From assembly GCA_035084275.1 (NCBI GenBank), contig CM068748.1, positions 7,564,001-7,628,000 of the forward strand: 64,000 bases of DNA, given 5' to 3'. Under the pieces are notes generated by a model. That model searched no databases and had not been told where the DNA came from. It saw nothing but the letters and a program-made list of their open reading frames with translations. Shown here in pieces: positions 41,064 through 52,636 of the stretch. This DNA comes from Hydrolagus colliei (Eukaryota). Numbering within the stretch: position 1 is the first letter of the stretch; every line of letters begins with the position of its first letter. The translations under genes and the position numbers were made by a program.

Positions 41064-41608
41064 CTGTCTATACTGATGATGCACAATGTCATTATCGAGG
41101 CGGTGCAACACATCACGTCCATGGCGATGAAGACATTGCAAAAGCCTTGTCCGAAGATCCACTGTCCGCCGATCAGGTCGGTGACGATCACGAAGGGCAT
41201 GACGGCCAGAGCCACAGACAGGTCCGCCAGCGCCAGGGACACGATCAGGTAGTTGGACGGCTGCCGCAGCTTCTTGACGAAACACACCGAGATCACCACC
41301 AGGCAGTTCCCGCAGATCGTCAGCAGCGTGATCAGAGTCAGCACGGCTCCGATGCCCACCTTCTCGGCGTTGCCGTAGGGCAGGATTTGCTCCCCGCAGT
41401 TCGTGGCGTTGAGCCGCCGGGTGGGAGGCGGTGGGGAAGTTAGTCGGGAGCCGGGCGCGGGGTGCGGGAAGGTCCTGGCGAGCGGGGGAGGCTCCAAGGA
41501 GCCGGAGACCATCATCATCATCACCATCGCGGTGACAGGGGCGCCGGGCTCCGGGAGCCTGGCTTCTGTCAGGCGGAGGTCAACCACAGAACTGCCGTTA
41601 AGGTCCAT
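41064..41608 (-). CDS. HTR7: 5-hydroxytryptamine receptor 7, coding exon 1 (N-terminus to TM3)
   Basis: Translation MDLNGSS...CGEQILPYGNAEKVGIGAVLTLITLLTICGNCLVVISVCFVKKLRQPSNYLIVSLALADLSV...DVMCCTASIMTLCIISIDR is near-identical to 5-HT7 TM1-3. ATG at 41608 (GTTATGG, good Kozak) aligns with the mammalian MMDVNSS start. Ends at a phase-2 donor AG|GTGAGC inside the DRY Arg codon, the conserved HTR7 intron position. Lies in a CpG island. Confidence 0.97.
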
Positions 41609-42004
41609 AACCGTGGCGTGCGTGTCCTCCCCCCGGCGCCCGGCATTGGGTTCCAAGTGACTCGTGAGATGCCGGGCAATGAGCACAGACAGCCACCCAC
41701 CCACAGGGTGTGGAGTTCAGGCGGTCAATACCCACCCCCCCAACCCCCCCCTCAGTTCGCGTCTCTCTCTCTCTCTCTGAGTCTCTTACTTATTCTGCCC
41801 CAACAGTAACCCCCCCCCCACCACCCCCTCTCTCCCCCTCCTCCCAAATCAGCCTTGGGTTTGATTAAAAGTCTAATCTTTGCAGAAAACAAAGCGTGTG
41901 GCTGAGAGCCGACAGGACAGATGTAAGTGTAGTCTCTCACCCACACAATGGAAACGGAGGAAGGAGAACCCGCTTTCTTCAGCACTTCTGCCTTAACCTT
42001 TAGT

Positions 42005-43360
42005 CACCCCCTCAACCCACCCACCCCTCACCCCCTCACCCCTCAACCCACCCACCCCTCACCCCCTCACCCCTCACCCCCTCACCACACCCACCCCTCA
42101 CCCCCTCACCCCCTCACCCCACCCACCCCTCACCCCCTCACCCCCTCACCCCACCCACCCCTCACCCCTCACCCCCTCAACCCACCCACCCCTCACCCCC
42201 TCACCCCACCCACCCCTCACCCCCTCACCCCCTCAACCCACCCACCCCTCACCCCTCAGCCCCTCAACCCACCCACCCCTCACCCCACCCACCCCTCACC
42301 CCCTCACCCCCTCACCCCACCCACCCGTCACACCCTCACCCCACCCACCCTTCATCCCCTCACCCCACCCACCCCTCACCCCCTCACCCCACCCACCCCT
42401 CACCCCCTCACCCCCTCACCCCACCCACCCCTCATCCCCTCACCCCACCCACCCCTCACCCCCTCACCCCACCCACCCCTCACCCCCTCACCCCCTCACC
42501 CCACCCACCCTTCACCCCCTCACCCCCTCACCCCACCCACCCATCACCCCCTCACCCCACCCACCCCTCACCCCCTCACCCCACCCACCCCTCACCCCCT
42601 CACCCCCTCACCCCACCCACCCCTCACCCCTCACCCCCTCACCCCTCACCCCTCACCCCACCCACCCCTCACCCCCTCACCCCACCCACCCCTCACCCCC
42701 TCACCCCACCCACCCCTCACCCCCTCACCCCACCCACCCACCCCTCACCCTCTCACGCCCCTCACCCCCTCACCCCCTCACCCCACCCACCCCTCACCCC
42801 CTCACCCCACCCACCCCCTCACCCCACCCATCCCACCCACCCCTCACCCCCTCACCCCCTCACGCCACCCACCCACCCACCCCTCACCCCCTCACCCCCT
42901 CATCCCACCCACCCCTCACCCCTCAGCCCCTCACCCCCTCACCCCACCCACCCCACCCACCCCTCACCCCTCACCCCCTCAACCCACCCACCCCTCACCC
43001 CACCCACCCCTCACCCCCTCACCCCCTCACCCCACCCACCCCTCACACCCTCAGCCCACCCACCCCTCACCCTTCACCCCACCCACCCCTCACCCTCTCA
43101 CCCCCTCACCCCCCTCACCCCCCTCACCCCACCCCCTCACCCCCTCACCCCCTCACCCAACCCTCACCCCCTCACCCAACCCACCCCTCACCCCTCACCC
43201 CCTCACCCCACCCACCCCACCCACCCCTCACCCCCTCACCCCCTCATCCCACCCACCCCTCACCCCTCACCCCCTCACCCCACCCACCCCACCCACCCCT
43301 CACCCTCTCACCCCCTCATCCCACCCACCCCACCCACCCCTCACCCCACCCACCCCTCAC
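42005..43360. repeat. 1.36-kb compound C-rich/G-rich tandem repeat (CCCCTCA, CCCTCA, CCCCACCCA units)
   Basis: Directly visible. The minus strand reads (TGAGGGG/TGGGTGGGG)n, with dense G3-G5 runs and short loops. Confidence 0.97.
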
Positions 43361-43936
43361 CAGCGTGTCACTGTGGTGAGCAACTGAGCTCAAGACGAGA
43401 CACAATCGTTAACCACACGTCCGGCTTAAAGAACCGGAGTGACGCGCGGGGATGAATGAATCGCTATATCAGCCACTATCATCCCACAGCTGACACAGAG
43501 GGCAACACGCGTAACGTTGCAACGCGGTTGTCAACATTCAGAAGCCAATGTCCTGTACATCTCTCCCTCTTTCCATTATGTTTTTCTCTCCGCTTATTGC
43601 AAAATATGATTGTGGATTCCTTTTTTTAAAAAAAATTGGCTGAGCAATATTTAAGTGATGGATCATTACGTTTGATAATAATAATAGTGACAATCCTTGC
43701 ATTTGATGTACTTTTTAACGTTCAAAGCCCGTGTAAAGTGCTGCTGTACATCTCTTTTCCTTATCAATTGTTTGTTTCTCTTCCCCAGTACTTTAAAGCT
43801 GATCGTGTGATCAACGATGGGCATCTGGTCTGGAACTCAAACAACAGCTCAACGTCTCACCACAATGGCACACCCAGGGTGGAGCACTGTAGCTCAGCGA
43901 TCAGAGCACTCGACAACAAGTTTGATTTAAGGTCAA

Positions 43937-44310
43937 AGGTCACAAAGGCACGGACCAAAGTTTCAGCGGCTTTTGGGGCGAGATATTGCCGGAGACGGGC
44001 GATACGTCGGAGGTGCCGGTGAAGGACCGGATGTGGGGGAGGAAGGACAGTCGGGGGTCGAACCTGACGCCAAGGTTGCTTATGGGTTCGGAGAGTTTTA
44101 GGGGCAGGTCGGGCGGGTGGAGGAAATGAGAGCCATGTGATTGAAGATGTTGACGAGAGCCAAAGTGTATGGCTTCTGTCCTGTCAACATTCAGCTGCAG
44201 GAAATGCACGCTCATCCAGCTCCTGATGTCTGACAGGCTGACTGACAAAACATCAGGGGACTGGGGGGTCGCAAAGTGAGGTAGAGAAATAGAGTTGGGT
44301 GTCATCCGCG
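43937..44310 (-). mobile_element. L2 LINE ORF2 fragment
   Basis: Minus-strand peptide LSDIRSWMSVHFLQLNVDRTEAIHFG..ISNLGVRFDPRLSFLPHI. Confidence 0.9.
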
Positions 44311-47300
44311 TACAGATAGGGTCTAAATGTCTGCATTGGAGACAGAGATTTGTGATGCTTTGATGCATTGTGTGTATTCCATGTTAAACCCAGACAATTT
44401 AGAATTCTGCTGCTCTCGGGACAGAATGCAACAGTGTTACTTTCTTTCAGTAATACTGGTTATTATTAGATTACTTGGAGAAAGGCTATTTCAACAGTAC
44501 TGTATTTGCTGTTTAGATTGCCCTGGTTCTATATTGTTTTTGAATTGTTCTAAACACAGTTGTCTTAAATCTGTGGTGGCTGTTTAACATTGTAATACAA
44601 AGGGAGTATCAATCTTTTGATCTGTTCAAGCATGAAAGTAAATGTCAAATGTATGGAGTTGCCAAAGCTCCTTAAATCCTCTAATTATAGGAACTGCCAG
44701 AACATATTTCATTGGCATATCTGTATTAAACACTGCAGATCATCCATCAATTTCCAGAAATGGTAAACTATCAGTTTTAAGTTAATAACTTAAATGTATT
44801 TTATGTTAAATTAGGGATTATCATTGAATTTTTCATGTTTTTCAACAAAGTTTTCATTTAATTGTTCTGGTGTTTGCCCTCAAATTATTCCTTGTTCTTT
44901 TCCAGTTTGTTGAGAATTTTAAGATCCTGAGCTTTAAATCAGGCAAATCTTGTTTTGAATTTTAAACATAATAACTGTTAAGTTTTATTACAATAATTAC
45001 ATTTTGATTTAGTATTTATTGTATTAAATTATCAATTAGAGGAGCAAATATCTGCCTTACAATTCAGGAGACCTGTTTGGCTGTGAAGCTCAAACTCTTT
45101 CCCCTATTTGTAATTTATTCTTCCTTGTGTATTAGCTTCCCTTAGACCAGGGTGGTCCAACTGGATCACATTTGGCCTGGGGGATGGTTTAATCTGGCCC
45201 CAAATCCATTTCCACCTTCAAGCCCTTTCTCTCTCTCCTCGGATCCATCCTCTCGTGGCAGTGGCAGTCTTTGAGGGAGTTCCAGTGAAGCTGAGTGATG
45301 TAGACAATCTATCATTTCCCAGCCAAGATAGTAAGTTGCAAACCTTCAAAGCAGATCTGTAGCTGAGTGGTATGAGATACTTGGGAATAGATTCATTCTT
45401 GATTCTCCGATATTTCTCTCTCTAGTGTGGAAAGTCTTGTCTTCTGCTGCACAACTCCCTCTTTTGAAAGAGTTGAGATTAACAATTTTCTCAGCAGATA
45501 ATCACGAAGTTAATCTCGCTTCCTACCACTTGGGAACATTGCATTTTCTGAAATTACCACTACATTGTGTCCTTATTTGAGTGCAAATAGTAATCCATGA
45601 TAATGTAATAGTGTTGCAATAAATATTCATACATAATCCAAAATGTCTCAGTATAATATCATTCAACAAGTGTGTTCATTGAAAGCTGTAACAATGGCTT
45701 TTGTCTGCTTCCAGTAAGAAATGAGAGAAAAATATCAAAATGAACACTAACACTTTACTTATGCATCCCATGAAAGTCAAAAGTAGTGGAATCCAACATC
45801 ACACATTAAACCACGAGACACGATCCAGAATCTAGTTTTTATTCTGAAAATAAAATATATCAACAGCATCCTCACAGATCAACCCACATAGCTCAGACAC
45901 TTCACTGATGAACATACGTCAGACCATCCGACTGACAAAATTTGCAGTTAGTTAGATCAAAGCAACACCAAAGTAACGCTGAACTGTAGGCAATTGCAAG
46001 AAGGTGCACACTAGAAAAATAAATATTTACTTGAGCTAGATGCCAATAATGGCCTACAAGTGCTCTGAGATGCTACCCTGTGAAGAGTGTTTTATAAATA
46101 CTGGTTATTGTTGTTGCTATACAAGCAACTCTCCAATGTACACTTATCTAATGCACTCATATATATTGTATACATTAAAGACAATGCAATTCAAGATCAA
46201 TTCTAGTTTAATAAAAAGATTGGCTTAACCTTTTTTTGAGTGACTCAATCTGAGACAAAGACTCTCATCTTTCAGTTGCAGTTGGAATTAAATTATTGAT
46301 AGTTACATTATTTCAAAATTGGAAGCTATACATTTCTATTATGTATTACAGTGATGTTTTATATTTTGTTGCTTAAATTATCCTATGTTTTTATGGTACA
46401 CACGTTTTATCTTTTCACACATTAAAGATATGTTAGTATAAGAGTTGAGAACTGTTTAAAGATTTATGGGATTAGTTTTACTTCAATGTTTGAATATACA
46501 ATTGTTTGAAGGAGAATTTGAATGAAGGGTCCAATGTGTCAGCAGAATGTTTTAAAATTCTAGAATGCACAACGTGGTCAATTAAGTTTCTTAAGTGAAA
46601 GTCAATATGATTTTCCAATATAATATTCCTTGCATTTACCATATGACTCATTACACCTGCAATCAAGCGCAAACCATGGAGATCTTAATTGGAGAGAAAG
46701 TCTAGACAACAGGACACTTGGAATTGGGAAGCTAAGTTATCACAGTACTTTGGGGGAAGAGCAAAACAGCACTACACAAAAATCATCTAAATTTTTTTTA
46801 TTGTGATTTCTCAATGAAGCTTGTTTCATCTGTCACACTAACAGTAATACTCATGTGAGAGCTAACACATAGAATCACAATAATGTACATTAATTTAGCT
46901 GCTAATGCTGGAATTGAACTATTCAACATGTGACTTATTCTGAAAATATCCCACTGTATTTACAATAAAATGACTATGACTATGATTATTGACAAACAAA
47001 ATATTAGAAATGTGCTTAACATTTAAAAACACAAGGAAGCAGTATTTCAGTGGAAAAACCCACCCATAAACAGTTGATCATCAGTGCTAACAGATGGCTT
47101 CTGTGATCTTGGCCCGAGTCTGCTTTGTGAGAGCATAACATTTATTACTTTTAACCAAGTTGGTACACGACACATACAATAAATAATCCTTAAGTTTATA
47201 TAGCGCTTTCCACATCTGATCAACATCTCAAAGTGCTTCACAGAATACAACAACGTCCCAAGGTTGGGACCAGAGCAGTCGGGGAGGAGTCATGGTTGGG

Positions 47301-48954
47301 GAAAGGAAAGCAGGAAAATTGACTGTATATTTGTGGATATGAATAGATTAAAAGAAGAACTCTTTCATATGTGCATAGACAGCAGCATTATAGATGCTAT
47401 CTGCAATATCAACTCTTGGTTCACTCATTATTAAAGGCTTTAAAACAAATTACAAATTTACATTTATATACCTCATTTCACGTTGGAAGGGCAATCCAAA
47501 GTGTTTGACTGCAGTGGCTTGCCAAAAATGTTCATTTTGCATGTTTTTATACTGTTCAGCAAAAGCTACAGAACACTTGAACATCAGCAAGTTTTCTCTA
47601 TCAATTACATAGACAAGATGTAAGTAAAGTGCATTTTAGTACTCAAACCTTGAAGATGCAGAAAAACACAAATGCCATTTAGATTTTTTTTATGTCACTT
47701 AGATGCTTGTCCCATTGAAAATAAAAAGACAACGCAGGACTTCTGCTGAAATCGGGAAACTTGGCGTAATTGTAATTATATCAAATAATCAAATCTCAAA
47801 TAATCAAATAGCAGTATGTCTTGATAGATTAGTGCAGGAAATCACAATAAAGGATTATGTTCTTTGATTTGATTAGTTATCAGATAACTACCGGTACTAA
47901 CCACATATCACAGAAAATTGTCCTACCAAATGTCTGTAATATGTTACCAATTTGACACATCACCCTGTATTTATTAAGTGTATATCTATGTTTTGGGATA
48001 AGTTTTCATCAGAAGGAAGTACCTTTGTGAATACATTGTTCCAATTAATGGGCAGATTTTGTTGAATTTTACAATCATAATAATCCTTGCATTTTATATA
48101 CCACATTTCAATTAACAGGATGTCTCATAGCTCTTCACAGGATTTACTGTAAAATGTAGTGACTGCATTTTATATGTACCTGATTTGTGCACCATATTGC
48201 TCCATTTTGTTCCTATTTAGACCAAATTCTTGAAGCATGTAATGATTATTCATGTAGTCGATCAGTGAATCAAAATGCAATTGTTTGATGAACACAAAAA
48301 AATCCCCAAACCCATAGTTTTACAATGTATTTTTGCATGTGGAAGATCAAATCTGACATGACTTCCCTGTGGAAGAGGTGGAGAAGTGAGCCACCTAATG
48401 CTGTTATGCAGAAACTGCAGTTTTACAGCTGCCATGTATTTGCAGAACACGCAGCATTTTGAATGAAAATCTCCCCCAACACTGTATCAATGGAAACAGG
48501 AATAAAATCAAGCGCATAACGATTGCCAAATTAACCAATATTAAATTAAAAATATGATGGCATTTAAGGTAACCTTTAAATGTGCAGCAGCTGAGTCAGT
48601 GGAAGCAGTGGAAGGTCACCTCTGAGTCAGACACTTGTGGGTCCAAATCCCACAGGGGAATTGAAGTCTCATAGTCTAAGATAACCACAGCAACAACAAC
48701 TTGCATTTATATAGCACACCTCATGGATGGGAATGTCCCAGTGGGGGCAGGACAGTGGCGGAACATGATTCCGAGCCAAGGGGGCGTGGGAATGCGACCT
48801 TAGATACGGTCTAAGAGGAAGGAGCAACCTGTAGATGGAGTAGGAGGGGGCAAGGCAGAGGGATGGTGTGACACTCCAATCCAGTGCTGAGGGAGGTGTC
48901 ACATTATCTAAGTTGTCGTCCTATGGATGAGACGTTAAACCGAGGTCCCATCTT

Positions 48955-49255
48955 CCATCCGAGAGATCGGTCCACAATTCTTCAAGCACATTTTGGAAAG
49001 AAACAACCAAACAATAGCTATTGCAGCCTGAAATCCAGACACTTGCTCTCAAACCACTTGTGGTTTGAGAGCAAGTTATCCCAAGAACCTCAAATGGCTT
49101 AAAGTGGAGGCCACTTGGGGAGATGACATTGTTGTGCATGTGCCTAAGACTGTGAAACGGAAATTCTGCAAACTGGATCTTTTGATAAATTTTGCAACAG
49201 TGTTTTCTCCTCCTGCAGCAAAGGAGAAACAAGCTTCTGAGATGTGTCCAATGAG
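48955..49255 (+). pseudogene. C-factor/CsgA-like short-chain dehydrogenase/reductase pseudogene, first exon remnant (Rossmann fold)
   Basis: Frame from 48963 reads EIGPQFFKHILERNNQTIAIAA*NPD...YPKNLKWLKVEATWGDDI...VKRKFCKLDLLINFATVFSP, then after a frameshift SKGETSF*DVSNE|GTATT. This parallels the family pattern SRGLGLQFCRHIL..IATCRNPD..LRLDV..EEDI..FG.VDLIIN..MLHPSGKGETSLRDVS. Stops at 49029 and 49238; the 5' end is cut by a SINE. Confidence 0.8.
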
Positions 49256-49832
49256 GTATTAATGGTTTCTCTGTATCTGCCAAGTTTCTGTTGTGCAACT
49301 GTTACACAGCGTAATATTTTGAAATTGGCCTGCACAAAATGAGCAACGATCTCGTTTTTTTTCACAAATTGAATGATTCTGATAACATGTCACAAATGTG
49401 CCTCCAGTTTTCCTCTGTGCAAAATTAATAACCTGTTTTCAGTTCATTAGCAATATTTCCATGCCAAATGAATGTGAGATAACTGCTTCTGTAGATTATT
49501 CCAATAATGCTGCTGACTGGACTATCTTAACATATCTGCAGACCATCCACAACACAGACGATCCTCGTCCTTTCCAGCACCAGGAGCCTGTCACCCTTGA
49601 TCTCACTCAGTTCTACTGGCTAAAGCAGATTGATTCAACATTGTCATTGTAGCATTCAAATCCCTTTCTCATCCTGAAAACTGGAGGCACATTGTGACAT
49701 GTTATCAGAAGCATTCAATTTGTGAAAAAAAATGAGACCATTGCTCATTTTGTGCAGGCCAACCTCAAGGTATTATACTGCGTAACAGTTGTACAACAGA
49801 AACTTGGCAGATACTTGGCAACCATTAATACC
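49255..49832. repeat. long inverted repeat, arms about 158 bp (49255-49412 and 49676-49832)
   Basis: GGTATTAATGG...GTATCTGCCAAGTTTCTGTTGT...GATAACATGTCACAAATGTGCCTCCAGTTTTC recurs as a reverse complement with scattered mismatches. Confidence 0.92.
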
Positions 49833-50071
49833 CATCTCTATAAGCCTAAATCCCCGGCGGCACCCTCACTGCACTCAAGACAACAATGACCTGTTTCACT
49901 GCCTGTTACACCATCAGTTTGGCAAAATTTCAGCTACCCGGTTCCCATATTCTGGAACTTCATTACTTCCTTTTCCTTTCTGTCTCTACTGCTGCCAAGT
50001 TTTAATTTTCTGCTTTGTAATGTATGCCGCATGAATAGCATTGTCATAATAAATCCTGTTTTATTCTGTAG

Positions 50072-50330
50072 GTGGATGGTACATATAGCAAAGGTCCAAA
50101 ACTGTTCCAAATATAGCCAGTGAAAAACTTAGCATTGAACGAGGTAGAGAGAAGGCAAAGGTGGTGTGTGTTTCTCTGCATCCAGGAACTGTAGACACTG
50201 AACTTTCAAGGCCCGATCACAAACATGTAGCCAAAGATAAAATATTTACTCTCTTAAACTGAAGACGTTCGGATATTTACTCTCTTAAACTGAAGACGTT
50301 CAGAACTGTTTGTCAGTCACCATTGGCAAA
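50072..50330 (+). pseudogene. C-factor/CsgA-like SDR pseudogene, last exon remnant (catalytic region)
   Basis: Acceptor ttttattctgtAG|GT, then GWYI*QRSKTVPNIASEKLSIERGREKAKVVCVSLHPGTVDTELSRPDHKHVAKDKIFT..TEDVQNCL, versus family GGWYSYRMSKAALNMATxNLSIELGR..VVCVSLHPGTVNTDLSRPYH.NVPKDKLF. The YxxxK Tyr is now TAG (50086-50088). The 3' end is truncated by a SINE. Confidence 0.88.
50242..50301 (+). repeat. tandem duplication, period 31 (29-bp exact unit), frameshifting the SDR pseudo-exon
   Basis: ATATTTACTCTCTTAAACTGAAGACGTTC at 50242-50270 and 50273-50301. Confidence 0.95.
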
Positions 50331-50332
50331 TA

Positions 50333-50678
50333 GTAATAATTATTGTTGCATTTCATACAGAGCCTTAACACATCTTCAAGATGTTTCGAAAAGGTTCACA
50401 GAATATCCTGTAAAGTGAGTTGACTGCAAATTTTGTGGGCGAAAGGCAGCGCACAATTGTGCACAGCAGTGTCCCACAAACAGTCGTGGATTGAGTGACT
50501 AATTATTTTTTAAGGGATTATTATCCCCTGAAAAGTAATTTACCAATGGACTAACAATTGGGTTTCCACTTAAACACAAGCATGTGGAGTATGGCATACC
50601 CAATGTTGATCACTGCCTGGAAATCAAACACTGGTCATCTTGGTTATGAGGCAAGTGCTCTAACCACTGAGCTCCACT
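50333..50678 (-). mobile_element. full-length Deu-core SINE truncating the SDR pseudo-exon
   Basis: Minus-strand head GAGCTCAGTGGTTAGAGCACTTGCCTC, core and tail. Confidence 0.8.
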
Positions 50679-50944
50679 GTGCCAGTCAATATTTTCCCCA
50701 AAAATGCAACCCAAAGTACAGATAAATATTTGTGTTAACTGCAAAATTAGAAATATGTATTTCTTTTGCCCTCAAATAAAATCACTGCACCTTAGAGAAA
50801 AACTCTGCACAGTACCTTGCAATGTTGTGGTACATTTTGACATAGTATCAAATACAAGAATTATTATTATTATTGTTGAATGTGATGTCCTCCCAACGTG
50901 AAAGGCGCTCTATAAATGAAATGTTGTTGTTGTTGAATGTGGCT

Positions 50945-51560
50945 CAAAGAGGGGGATTTTGAAACACGCCACAATGGAGGGAGCCAGACAAAGGGAATGT
51001 GGTATGGAATTCCATTGGGTGGGTGCAGAAAAGCTGAAGCCCGACTATCGATGGTGGAGCAGGCCAGAGCCTACTGAGCGGTGGGAGCGGATAGGTTCAT
51101 ATGGGGTCAGCAGGTTGCAGAGATAGGTAGGGTCAAGGCTGCGGAAGCCCTTGAAGCTATGAGGATTTGGAGAGATCGGGTGCCAGTGGATCAGGGTGAG
51201 GGTGACGGGGTTACTGAGCTTGGTGCAGAAGAGGACATGAGCTGCAGAGTTCTGGATGATTTGCAGCTTGCGGAGGGAAGAGTTGGGAAGGCTGACAAGC
51301 AGGGAGTTGACATAGTCAAGCCTAGATATGATGAATGTGTGGATATGGGTTTTGGTGACCTGAGTGGTGAGGCAGTGGCAGAGCCGGGGAATGTTGCAGA
51401 AATGAGGGAAGACACAGATATGAGGTAGAAAAGACGGTTGAGGGTCAAACAAGACATCAAGATTCTGGACTGGCTCAGTGAGTTGGAGTGGGCATCCTTG
51501 GATAGTGATGCTGTCAGTACCTGAGGTGTGAAAGTACTGATAGAAGTCAATCGATCGGTG
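50945..51560 (-). mobile_element. L2 LINE ORF2 fragment
   Basis: Minus-strand peptide FDPQPSFLPHI..IHTFIISRLDYVNSLLVSLP..LRKLQIIQNSAAHVL..IHW. Confidence 0.9.
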
Positions 51561-52196
51561 TGGGAGGGAGGGGGGAGCATTTCATTGTAATAAATTGACT
51601 GATTCATACACATTTGTTGGACAGTTAGGCTCCTGGGCATATTGTAGTCAAACAAGAACAATGCAGGGTTTGCAACCGAGCTGTGGGTTGCAATCAGTGA
51701 CTGGTGGAGGACAAGGGGAAGAAGAAGGGAAGATGACTGAACTCACAGTCCAAAAAGGACGGACTAGAGACAGGCCTTGAAGGAGGCAAGGGAAGGGGTA
51801 ACGGACCATAAAATTGGATTTGAACCAGGTGTGTTCAGTGGTGAAATAAACAACCATTGAAAAAAATATAAGGTGCGTCAAAGTCCAGAGTGCAGAATAA
51901 TATTGACTCAATGAACCAGGGAGAACTTTCCCCTCTATCTGTAACTGGTTTTCAACTCAACATTTAAAATTTATATAATTATTTTTCATTATTGGCCATA
52001 AATCACTTTAATATTTTTTAAATCTCCCTCGTCATTCATTGTGAACAATGTTTGTATTTTTAATTTGATAAGGAAGCAGGAGAAAATAAGTTTTACGAAA
52101 TATTTTATATTATGTACCTGAGAGTATTATTTTAGTCATTGCTCATATGAAGACATTTTGGTATTTACAGTTCAATCGTAAACCTTACCGCTAGAA

Positions 52197-52636
52197 CAGG
52201 AGTTTTCAAATTTTGTCAGAGTGAGCCTCGCTAAACTGAAGGCAAAAATTGCAACTCTCCCTGTAGTTTACCAAGACACCACAAAGAATTGAAAATCCTC
52301 TACTAGAAAGCAGAAGAGCTATATAATCAACACAGTTACAATAAGTGTATAAGTGTCAAAAGTACTCATTTTATTTCATAAAGCACCTTTCGTGTTATCT
52401 CATGGTTCTGTTCACAAAGAATACAAATCGGAGCAGCTAACATAAAATGTCCCAAATATTTTTGGAAATTATAATAACAAACAAGTATAGATTATGTCAG
52501 TTCCCCGTTGTTGCATAGGTTTGGTTGTTGGGGTAATGGCTTTTCTGCGACATGGAGCAAGTCCCACGAAACCAGTGAATGTTGAGGCATTTGACTCATG
52601 CTTCCCCACGCACACCCCACAGTTTGAGAAACTTTG
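52197..52636. mobile_element. degraded hAT-Charlie-like MITE
   Basis: Ends CAGGAGTTTTCAAA / TTTGAGAAACTTTG; TSD CGCTAGAA vs CCCTAGAA (7/8), fitting the CTAG-centred Charlie target preference. Confidence 0.7.

Noticed and set aside
40739-41443. 234-aa plus-strand ORF and other ORFs overlapping HTR7 exon 1
   Set aside because: These are antisense or alternative-frame shadows of a GC-rich exon, fused to SINE and (GA)n sequence.
41609-41704. 32-aa N-terminal extension of HTR7 in the ORF track
   Set aside because: It starts at GTG; homology and Kozak context support the ATG at 41608.
41975-41995. REST/NRSE site upstream of HTR7
   Set aside because: Only a left-half-like TTCAGCAC is present; the GGACAG right half is absent.
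41948-43387. 479-aa Pro/His/Thr-rich ORF
   Set aside because: It is the translation of the C-rich tandem repeat, whose units cannot form stop codons on this strand; there is no evidence of coding.
47735-47800. GVIVII peptide as the missing SDR middle exon
   Set aside because: It is upstream of exon 1 (wrong order) and the similarity is too short.
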